Shown piece by piece: positions 32,283-40,843 of a stretch of 64,000 nt of DNA. Each line of letters begins with the position of its first letter. Position 1 is the first letter of the stretch. The stretch comes from a virus. Taxonomy: Duplodnaviria; Caudoviricetes. The position numbers were made by a program, and so were the translations under genes. The stretch spans positions 1-64,000 of IMG/VR virus record IMGVR_UViG_3300042731_002921. One strand, given 5' to 3'. The notes beneath the pieces were generated by a model that saw only the letters and a program-made list of their open reading frames with translations, did not search any database and was not told where the DNA came from.

Positions 32283-32459
32283 ATGAAAAAAGAAATAAGA
32301 AAAGTTATCAAAGAAGCAGAACAATCCGGTTGGTATTTAGTAAGAAACAAGAAACATAATGTTTATAAACATGTAAGTAAACCAGGAACAGTAATAGTAT
32401 CAAAATCAACAGTCAATATTAATTCAGCTAAAAGAATTCGTAATAACTTTGGCTTATAA
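32283..32459 (+). CDS. HicA-like mRNA interferase fold protein (58 aa, absent from the ORF track)
   Basis: AAGGAG RBS; MKKEIRKVIKEAEQSGWYLVRNKKHNVYKHVSKPGTVIVS...IRNNFGL matches the HicA GW..R...H..Y.H...G.V.V pattern. Confidence 0.6.
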   Translation: MKKEIRKVIKEAEQSGWYLVRNKKHNVYKHVSKPGTVIVSKSTVNINSAKRIRNNFGL

Positions 32460-34466
32460 GGAGATTATAAAATGAAAGAGAAATCAAATAAACAAAAATG
32501 TATTGAGCAATGGAGATGGTTACGAGATAACCCAGGAAAGAGTAAAATGGAATATTTTAAGGAGGTTTTAGGTTATGACAGCAAGCAACTAAAAGAATGT
32601 GAAGAATTTTGGTTTTGTTTTGCTTGTAAAGAAGTCGCAGACACTTATCAAAACGATTTTGGTTGTGAGTATTGTCCTGTGACTTGGAAAAAAGATCAGA
32701 GCTGCATAGCCCCTTGCGCTGACTTTGATGCACCTTTTAGAAAATGGAGGGATGCGAAGTTAACTGGAAATGAAGGAAAATTACCAAGCTATGCAAATCA
32801 GATAGTTGTATTGATAGAGAATACATGGAAAGAGTAATTAAAATACTGATTGTCTCTACTCTTGTGTTATTAAATAGATATGATTATGTATATAATACAG
32901 GAGTTGAGCAATACAATGAATATAGACAGGGAATCTATATAAAAGATTTGACAAAGATTCCTTCTGATGGTATTGGTTATGTGAATTATGGAATTAAAGC
33001 AAAGGAGACTTTATGATTATAGAACATGAGAATGAGAAATACGAAGTACAGGAGATTACACTACAGGATTTGATTTTAGGTATGTTTGAGAGAAGAGGTT
33101 TGATAAAGCTTATTGATACAGCATCTAAGTATTTAATAGAAGATCTTTCTAAAAAAGGTTGTTCAATTATTCCGATAGTTGATTCTGATCTTATAAGGTG
33201 TTTCAAATTTTCTCCTGAATGGTTTCTTAATAAGGGCTATGCTGTTAAGAAACAAACAAAGCTTGAAGCCGGTATGATTCTTGAAGCAATTGACGAAAAG
33301 AAGACAAAACAATTGTTTGTATCAAAAACAGGAAGAATTGTACTTGGTTGTGGGTGGGTGTATAGTGGAGCATATGATAATAAAACAATAGATGACCTGA
33401 AGACGCTTGAGGATTTAAACAAGTATTCAATTTTTGAATGGGGAGTAAAGGAGTAAAAATGAAAACAGAACAGATCATAAAAGAATTGAAGGATAAAGGT
33501 TTTACATTTCTTTTTAAAGAAGAATTTGACAGACCAAAGCACCAAGACTCTTCACCAAAAGATGATTTTTATGTTTTCTTTAATTATGATAAAGGCATCT
33601 TGGCTTGTTTCGATACCTTTTGGAATAAAGAGGATTTAAACGGAGGTAGTTTATTTTATAATCACACAAGCTTAGTTGAGAAAGGATGTTATAGAGGATA
33701 TTCTTCTGGTAAATACTATTTTTTAGATAGGGATGATGATTACCCAAGCATGTACAAAGACGATAAATTATGTTCATGCCATGATGTTTTCAAAGAAAAA
33801 AGAATTAACTGGTTTGATTCAGGGATAGAGTGGGAAGAATACAGAGAACTATCAAAGGACTACACAAAAAGATACATGGATTTCATGAAAGGGAAAGGGT
33901 ATTCTTATGTGTGGTCAGGGTACGAAGATATAAGAAGCGGTATTTATTTTCATGACGGTGAGTATTTAAAACAGTGGGTTGATAGTGATCTTATTAGAAC
34001 AGTACAGATTTATTTTCATTATCATGACTCAGAATTCGGATGGGAGGATAAAGAAGGAGAAGGATATAAAAGATTATGTAAGTTGCCAGAGAATGTTAAA
34101 CAAAGGATTTTATTTAAGGAAGAATTATGAAATTAGGTGAATATGTAGGGGAGAAGATTGATTGTATTTTGGACAGGTATAATATCAATACCACTGGCAG
34201 CTTTAAAATATTTAATTTTCGGTTAAGGAGAAGAGAACATGGCAAGGATTATCGTTGAAACACCATTAGGAAAGTACATAAGTCTTGAAGTTGATAATAA
34301 AGATATAAAGGCTGTTTATGATAGTATAAAAGATAATGATTTCAAGCTTAACTTTTTAAGTATTAACACAGAACAAGGGGTAATATGTCTTCCCGAAAGT
34401 ATCTTCCAGAATAGTGTTTTTGTCTTTGAATATGACGAAGAATAGTTAATGGTCTTTATAGAATAT

Positions 34467-34497
34467 AAAGGGTAGTTTTTAAGCTACCCTTTTATTT
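34467..34497. terminator. Bidirectional intrinsic terminator between convergent genes
   Basis: AAAGGGTAGT-loop-GCTACCCTTT with A/T tails. Confidence 0.8.
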
Positions 34498-34499
34498 TA

Positions 34500-34898
34500 T
34501 TATAACATACTATTTCTTTTACTTGCTTTGGGGTTATACTGCGAATTTATTCTTTTCCAATATTCATGGTCAGATAGATCATGTAAGTTTTGTTTATTCT
34601 TGTGTTTTTTCTTTTGTTTCCCGTGGTACTTCTTTTTAATCTTTCTTGCTACATTCCACAAGTTTGTTTTGTTTTCTTTTAAGTATTCATGTACTTGTGA
34701 ATGACACTTATCACATAGATAAATTAAATCAGTTAATCTTTCTTTACCGAGTCTTTTATATGTTTTGTGGTGAAGTTGCAAATTTCTTGTTGTTTGGCAG
34801 CAGTAGCACTTATTCGGTAATTTACCTTTCCAGTATCTTTCTTTTACTTTTTCCCAATGACTCGAGTTCAAATATCTTTTGTACTCTTGTTTATTCAT
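34500..34898 (-). CDS. Small Zn-binding HNH endonuclease, inverted relative to its neighbours
   Basis: YLNSSHW...CYCC...LHHKTY..LG.E...DL..LCDKCH..VH. Confidence 0.85.
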   Translation of the reverse strand: MNKQEYKRYLNSSHWEKVKERYWKGKLPNKCYCCQTTRNLQLHHKTYKRLGKERLTDLIYLCDKCHSQVHEYLKENKTNLWNVARKIKKKYHGKQKKKHKNKQNLHDLSDHEYWKRINSQYNPKASKRNSML

Positions 34899-34909
34899 GT
34901 TTCTCCTAT

Positions 34910-35435
34910 AATAAATCAGTTAGCTTACAAATGGTGGATTTTAGGATATAGCTATCCCTCCCCTGTTCTTTAAATAATAAAGAACAAAGAAGGGAGTTAG
35001 CTTACAAACGGAGCCACTTTGAGGCACTTTAAGTTGTGAACTAAAAACTTTTGTATACGCACCGAGTCTGTATCTTATACACGCATGATTAGATTTATAA
35101 TCATTTTGGATTGAGTTTTAAAGATATAACCAAATAACAAAAATTCCCTCTGCATAAGCAACAGGACAGGAGCTGGGTATACCAGAATTCCGGTATGTGT
35201 TAAGTCTTTATTTCAGGTATGATTGCTTCCCTACTTCACCTTAACTCGCCATTCACTTATTTGTATAAGCTGCTCACCTTTTAGGAAATAAAGGGCATTT
35301 TGTAAAGAGTTACGCTAAATCACCAATAATGTACATTGTAAACTCAAGCACTTCTCTTTATGGCAAACCTTAGTTTAGTTTGTATTTTGTATCAGGATTA
35401 CATTAAACCCTAATTATTCATAAAAGAATAACTGG
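34910..35435 (-). ncRNA. Putative structured ~520-nt RNA/leader upstream of the HNH gene
   Basis: Promoter TTGACA at 35466-35461 (-); no ORF of 60 aa or more on this strand; several hairpins; 17-bp direct repeat. Confidence 0.4.
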
Positions 35436-35699
35436 ATATAATATAATACATAAGAATGATTTGTCAAGGCCTGAAGTGAAAATAATTTGTAAATAATTGT
35501 AATTAAAGAAAATAAAAATTAAAAATTTCTTTTTAAGAAAACTGTTGCAATTAAAAAACCTTGTGGTAAGTTAGTTTAACTTGGTACTGTTTTTTTTTTT
35601 TAGTTTTTAGGTTGAAAAATAGAGATCATGAATATATAGGATTTGTGGAAATAACCGAGAATACTATTAAGATGGAAAAATAATTTAATAGGAGGAAAA

Positions 35700-36160
35700 A
35701 TGAATTTTTCAGTAACTAAGAATGGTGTTGAGTTATCAAGTGAACTCTATAATTGGGACGAAAAGACTAAGACTTTTTCAACTAATGAAAATGATTTAGT
35801 TTTGGATTTTAGCGGTATTAATGGTCTAACTTTTAAAACTGGTTCTTATTGTACTTTTAAGACTGGTCCTGGTTGTACTTTTAAAACTTATTCTTATTGT
35901 ACTTTTGATGCTGGTTCTGATTGTACTTTTAAAACTGGTTCTGATTGTACTTTTGATACTGGTTCTAATTGCGTTGTAATAAGGAGAGATATCTTTGAGG
36001 TAATAAAATTAAATAAAGGTAAGCAGATTAAATTAAATGGTTCCAAAATCTCTGGCTTTGAAGAAATAGAACCTAAAAAAAAACTATTACTATTGACGGG
36101 AAAGAAATTGAAATTTCAATAGAAAGTTATGAAGAATTAAGAAGCCAATTATGTAAATAG
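35700..36160 (+). CDS. Octapeptide-repeat (FKTGSxCT) beta-solenoid-like protein, probably frameshifted at A9
   Basis: Six 24-bp repeats at about 35830-35972; the -1 frame after A9 (36075-36083) gives TITIDGKEIEISIESYEELRSQLCK. Confidence 0.65.
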
Positions 36161-36183
36161 TTTAATCCGATAGTTTATTATTT

Positions 36184-36216
36184 AATCCCTTGTTAGAGAT
36201 AGCAAGGGATTTTTTA
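36184..36216 (+). terminator. Intrinsic terminator
   Basis: AATCCCTTGTTA-GAGA-TAGCAAGGGATT followed by a T tract. Confidence 0.85.
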
Positions 36217-36561
36217 TTTGGTATTGTATTAAGCGATGATTTAGGGGGTATTTATTGAGGTTTACTGATTATGAATACTAATAGGTTAGGTTGTATAGAA
36301 TGGCTTTAAAATAGACGATTTTGGTTGATTTAATGGATAGTGTTACATTGTGGTGAGTTAGTACTTATTTCTATTTATTATTTAAGTTTTCATGTGATAT
36401 TCTTTTGGAATGTATTGTGTGTTTGGTGGCTGAGAATACTGTTAAATATGCTTTCTTATGCTTGTGGGGATTATGTGTGGTATGTTTATTGGGTTAGACT
36501 TATCAACTTGTTAAGTTGTCTTTACAACTTACATACCTGGAGGTATGTATAATACATAAAC

Positions 36562-36628
36562 CTTTTATTTTCTTTCTTATTTTCTGTGGAGAATATACGC
36601 AGGGTCTTATTTTGTTTCTTATTTTCTG
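36562..36628 (+). repeat. Second array of TTATTTT..TTCTTATTTTCTG units (2 copies), preceded by the ACATACCT-GG-AGGTATGT palindrome
   Basis: Same unit as the 28.9-kb array. Confidence 0.8.
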
Positions 36629-36764
36629 ATACAATTAAGCTTATTTGGTAATAAATTAATAAGTAATAATTAATCAAAAATACATAAATAAATGCTTATT
36701 AATAAAAATTAATTGATTAAATGCTTATTAATTTAAAATAGATTAACGGTTATTAAGTTAACAA

Positions 36765-36882
36765 ATACTAATATAAGCATTCACTAAACTAACAATCACT
36801 AACTTAGCAGTCGCTAATATAAGTGTTCACTAAACTAACGATCGTTAATTAATGGCCACTAACTTAACAATCACTAATCAAA
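36765..36882 (+). repeat. About eight ~15-bp units with a CACTAA/CGCTAA core
   Basis: e.g. attcactaaactaac, aatcactaacttagc, gttcactaaactaac, ggccactaacttaac. Confidence 0.8.
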
Positions 36883-37066
36883 ATACAAGCGATAACCATG
36901 TCAAAGAGCAACAAGCAATAATCATACCAATAATATCAGACGTTGATATTACATATCAAATCTTATTCTGATAATCATCACATTATACTAAAAAATTAAA
37001 TAGAAGTCAAATAGATTATATCAATAGATTTAGCAGGAAATATTAATAGATCACTCACAAATACCA

Positions 37067-37300
37067 AGCAAATAACGTGCCAACCCTAATAATCCTTCAA
37101 ATCTTTGATTCTATGGACATTTACCAAGTAGGCTTATACTAATACTCAAAAGTTTTAAAACAAGAGATTTGGGCATGTTCTGAGAGTCAATATTTATTAG
37201 AAAACTCTTGACTTTTAATTTGGCATGATACTTGCTAAAGATAATACTTAATAGGATTATATTGAATATAAGCAAGATCCATGCCGGTATATTTCTTGCA
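37067..37300. promoter_or_regulatory. Cluster of four sigma54-type -24/-12 motifs on both strands
   Basis: 37067-83(-) TTGGCACGTTATTTGCT; 37220-36(+) TTGGCATGATACTTGCT; 37271-87(-) CCGGCATGGATCTTGCT; 37284-300(+) CCGGTATATTTCTTGCA. Confidence 0.6.
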
Positions 37301-37330
37301 ATTCCTTATTATATACAGGATAAAAGTTGA

Positions 37331-37426
37331 ATTAATAATTTTTAAAATAATTCATAAAATCGTTTGATATTGATAATTATATGGCGTATAAAGAATTATA
37401 ACTTAAACAAAAGGAGATGCAACATG
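37331..37426 (+). repeat. 96-bp promoter+RBS+ATG cassette, copy 1
   Basis: Identical to 38381-38476 except at 2 nt. Confidence 0.95.
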
Positions 37427-37609
37427 GGAACTGATACAACAAGTGAATACGAGTATCATTGTGAAGTCCAGAATGAAGTACTGAAACGCAAGATTAGGGA
37501 TCATGAAATCGCTTTAGCAATTCTTCCAATCGGATCTTATGAATATAATAGGATTAAAGATTTGATTTTTGGTTGGACAATGAGATTACAAGATAATGAT
37601 AAATCATAA
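37424..37609 (+). CDS. Hypothetical protein (61 aa)
   Basis: AGGAG RBS and ATG at the end of the repeat cassette. Confidence 0.6.
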   Translation: MGTDTTSEYEYHCEVQNEVLKRKIRDHEIALAILPIGSYEYNRIKDLIFGWTMRLQDNDKS

Positions 37610-37649
37610 GTAGTGAAAAACTCACATATAAAAACAAAGGAGAAACAGC

Positions 37650-38339
37650 ATGGAACAACACATAGTTAATTTTTCAGGTGGTAAAGATTCAACTGCAATG
37701 CTTTTGAAAATGATCGAAAAAGGTATGAGAATTGATAGGGTTATTTGTGTTGATACAACCAAAGAATTTCCTGAAATGTATAACCACATCAAGGAAGTTC
37801 AAAAACTTTGCCCTGTTGAAATAGAAATTATTAAAATTGATTTTGATTATTGGTTATCTGAGCATGTGAAAACCAAAGGTAAAAATAAAGGGAAGAAAGG
37901 TTATGGTTGGCCTGATTTTAGAAATAGGTGGTGTACTGCTTTAAAAAGAGATACCGTTAAACGTATTGAGAAAACACTACCTGGCAATACAATTCAGTAT
38001 CACGGTATTGCATTTGATGAGCCAAAAAGACTTGAAAAAAACAAAGGAAGAATAATCAAATATCCTTTAGTTAATTGGAAGATGACTGAAAAAGATTGCC
38101 TTGAATATTGTTATTCTAAGGGTTTACGGTGGGGCGGAGTATATGAAAAGTTTGACAGGGTCTCATGTTATTGTTGCCCATTATCAAGGATAGGTGAACT
38201 CAGAACATTATATAATGAATATCCTGAATTGTGGGATAAAATGAAGGAAATGGATGAAAAATCCTATCGTAAGTTTAGGAGTAATTATACCATTGATGAA
38301 CTCGAGATTAAGTTTGAACAAGAAAACATATTAATATAG
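37650..38339 (+). CDS. Phosphoadenosine phosphosulfate (PAPS) reductase-family / PP-loop protein
   Basis: FSGGKDSTAM PP-loop, DT..EFPE, RWCT..LK, YPL..W and RVSCYCCP. Confidence 0.9.
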   Translation: MEQHIVNFSGGKDSTAMLLKMIEKGMRIDRVICVDTTKEFPEMYNHIKEVQKLCPVEIEIIKIDFDYWLSEHVKTKGKNKGKKGYGWPDFRNRWCTALKRDTVKRIEKTLPGNTIQYHGIAFDEPKRLEKNKGRIIKYPLVNWKMTEKDCLEYCYSKGLRWGGVYEKFDRVSCYCCPLSRIGELRTLYNEYPELWDKMKEMDEKSYRKFRSNYTIDELEIKFEQENILI

Positions 38340-38380
38340 AATAACTTATACCGGATTGCCGTTCTTTTTTAATATCTAAG

Positions 38381-38476
38381 ATTAATAATTTTTAAAATAA
38401 TTCATAAAATCGTTTGACATTGATAATTATACGGCGTATAAAGAATTATAACTTAAACAAAAGGAGATGCAACATG
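38381..38476 (+). repeat. 96-bp promoter+RBS+ATG cassette, copy 2 (carries a perfect TTGACA)
   Basis: TTGACA-N17-TATAAA; duplicate of 37331-37426. Confidence 0.95.
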
Positions 38477-39010
38477 AGCGTATTAACAAGCAGAACAAAA
38501 TGGAACCCTGAATTAGATAAGATGTTAGTATATATGAGAGATACATATGATCTCTCAACAGATGATATGGGCATAGAAAATTTATCAATAGAGAAAAGCT
38601 TACACAAAATGGAGGAAATTGATAGAGAAATGAAAAATTTCTATTTAGAATTAAGCAAAAAACAAGACAATCAGGAAACTGAATATGAAGATGATGGAAT
38701 CGAAGAAATTGAGGGAGAGGAAATTGTGATTGAAGATGAGCAGAAAGAAACTGGCTTGGAAACAAAAAATGAAGTCATGATCAGTACTGTATACAATAAA
38801 GATACCAAAGAGTATGACCTCGTGGAGCATTATTACCCTATCTTTTATCAAGAAATCCCCGCTAAAAACATCAAAGCGCGTTGTGAAAATCTAAACAATA
38901 AATATGGTGTAGGCCTTAAGCCTGCATCAGCTTGGGTTGTGGTTGGCAGTGATTTGCATAAATTCCTTAAAAACCTGTGTATACCAGCTTGGAAACATTG
39001 TATTGATTAG
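38474..39010 (+). CDS. Hypothetical acidic early protein
   Basis: RBS within the repeat; Glu-rich linker. Confidence 0.6.
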   Translation: MSVLTSRTKWNPELDKMLVYMRDTYDLSTDDMGIENLSIEKSLHKMEEIDREMKNFYLELSKKQDNQETEYEDDGIEEIEGEEIVIEDEQKETGLETKNEVMISTVYNKDTKEYDLVEHYYPIFYQEIPAKNIKARCENLNNKYGVGLKPASAWVVVGSDLHKFLKNLCIPAWKHCID

Positions 39011-39044
39011 TTTTAATAGTGTGAAAACAAAGGAGAAAAATAAC

Positions 39045-39728
39045 ATGGAAACATTAAACTTAAATGATGAAATAAATGTGAAGTTCCATCATTTTGAAAG
39101 AGTAAATAATAATCTTTACAAATACAATAAAAAGTATTTTAAGCTTTTTGGTACAAATACCTCATCAAATCATTGTTGGATTGAGAATGCAATAATGGTT
39201 GAATTAATTGATTTGGATACTGCAACCGGTAAATTTGTTTTTGGGACTACATTTTCAAGAATGGGCGTATATTGTGGTGGCGGATCTGTTCAAGCGGGGA
39301 ATGAATTCCTATTTTATGATCCTAATATCCTTAAAAACTTTAATGAAAAAATTATAAGTGAAAAAGAAGAAACTGGCCTGGAAACAATTGAAATAGTAGA
39401 GCATGGCTTAATGATGAGTGATTACTTTCAGGGAACGAATGGAGTATGGCTGAACATCTATCCTGATCACGAAACAACAAAAGGGGAAGCCCTTGAAATG
39501 CTCGATGATGAGATTAATGTATTATATGATCATATTGAGTACACAGCAGAGTATAATGAATTTAGCGGGAACTTGTGGGAGCAGATTGATGATGAAATCA
39601 AAAGAATGAAAGAGTATATCAAAGGTAAAGAAAACGAACTGCTTTGCCCTGGTATTGGACTCTCAGAAGATGAAGACAGCGAACAGCCCGTTTATATCTT
39701 TACAATTGAATTTAAAGGAGAAAAATAA
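39045..39728 (+). CDS. Hypothetical acidic early protein
   Basis: AAGGAG RBS; 227-aa ORF. Confidence 0.6.
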   Translation: METLNLNDEINVKFHHFERVNNNLYKYNKKYFKLFGTNTSSNHCWIENAIMVELIDLDTATGKFVFGTTFSRMGVYCGGGSVQAGNEFLFYDPNILKNFNEKIISEKEETGLETIEIVEHGLMMSDYFQGTNGVWLNIYPDHETTKGEALEMLDDEINVLYDHIEYTAEYNEFSGNLWEQIDDEIKRMKEYIKGKENELLCPGIGLSEDEDSEQPVYIFTIEFKGEK

Positions 39729-40126
39729 TGAACACAAGAACAAACAAACTGGCTTGGAAAATTCGTCGTAATTTAGCAGCTAAAAGAGGCTGTGACGTGA
39801 TGGAGATTAATTGGGGGCATTGTTGGCACAAGGCAGATAGAATCATTGAAGACAGAAAAGAAAAAGCTATTCGTCGGACAGCTAAGAGATACATAGCCTT
39901 GAAATTTCAGAATGACATAGCGTTTCAAAATAACTTTACTCTTGTGACTACTTTAATTTCAGTTGTTTTCACCATTGCTTTTGTCTTGATAGCCTTTGTA
40001 AGTGATATTACAAATGGACAATGTGTTGTTTTTCTTGCATCCGGTATGCTGATATCCACTACAATCCCTATGTTCCTGGTAATAGGAGAATTTATTTCAG
40101 AATGGATTATCGAAAGGAGAGGATAA
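39728..40126 (+). CDS. Hypothetical membrane protein with two C-terminal transmembrane helices
   Basis: TAATG coupling; two hydrophobic segments. Confidence 0.6.
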   Translation: MNTRTNKLAWKIRRNLAAKRGCDVMEINWGHCWHKADRIIEDRKEKAIRRTAKRYIALKFQNDIAFQNNFTLVTTLISVVFTIAFVLIAFVSDITNGQCVVFLASGMLISTTIPMFLVIGEFISEWIIERRG

Positions 40127-40409
40127 TAATGGCTGAATTAATAGAAGAGTTAAAACGGCTCAATCAAGATAATGACACAGCGAAAGAAATCATTGAAATC
40201 ATTGAAGAGGGTAAAGACAATGTCAATTGATCAATTCATAAATGAATACCGCGATTATATCAACATGGTAATGGGGCATAATAGCCTGATAGATGCAGAC
40301 CAAGAAGAGATAGAACTTTGGATTATGAATGATGAAGGGCTTTATACATTGGCTATGAGTGAAGGAGTAGAAGTTTAACAGATAACCTAAAGACAAACCA
40401 CACAAAATA

Positions 40410-40448
40410 GCCCCTGAGAGTGTAAAAGCTTTCAGGGGTTTTCCTTTT
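40410..40448 (+). terminator. Intrinsic terminator ending the + strand early block
   Basis: CCCCTGAGAG-loop-CTTTCAGGGG followed by a T-rich tail. Confidence 0.8.
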
Positions 40449-40535
40449 GATTGATATCTGAACACATGCTCATATGAATGATTGATCAATTAAGTCTATG
40501 TATATATGAACAAATGATCTTATGAGTATATGTAT

Positions 40536-40771
40536 ATATGAACACTTGAACATATGAACTTGAACACTTGAACATTCTTTCATATGAACATCTTCTCATA
40601 TGAGCACTTGAACATATGAGCACTTGAACATATGAACTTGAACACTTGAACATTCTTTCATATGAACATCTTCTCATATGAGCACTTGAACATATGAGCA
40701 CTTGAACATATGAGCACTTGAACATTCTTTCATATGAACATCTTCTCATATGAACACTTGAACATATGAAC
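40536..40771. repeat. Higher-order tandem array built from 8-bp modules
   Basis: ATATGA(A/G)C, ACTTGAAC, ATTCTTTC and ATCTTCTC modules; a 24-mer marker recurs at 40574, 40652 and 40724. Confidence 0.95.
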
Positions 40772-40843
40772 AGATATTTTGGGATTATTGGCCTTTTGAC
40801 ATGGTTATTGCTTGTGCGTTAAGCACATAACTATCTAATTTTA

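Noticed and set aside
34910-35435. tmRNA, RNase P RNA or group I intron
   Set aside because: No tRNA-like ends, no GAGGAAAGUCC, and no convincing P7 R/S pair.
40486-40749. 87-aa repetitive ORF on the minus strand
   Set aside because: A by-product of the 8-bp repeat array, with no RBS.
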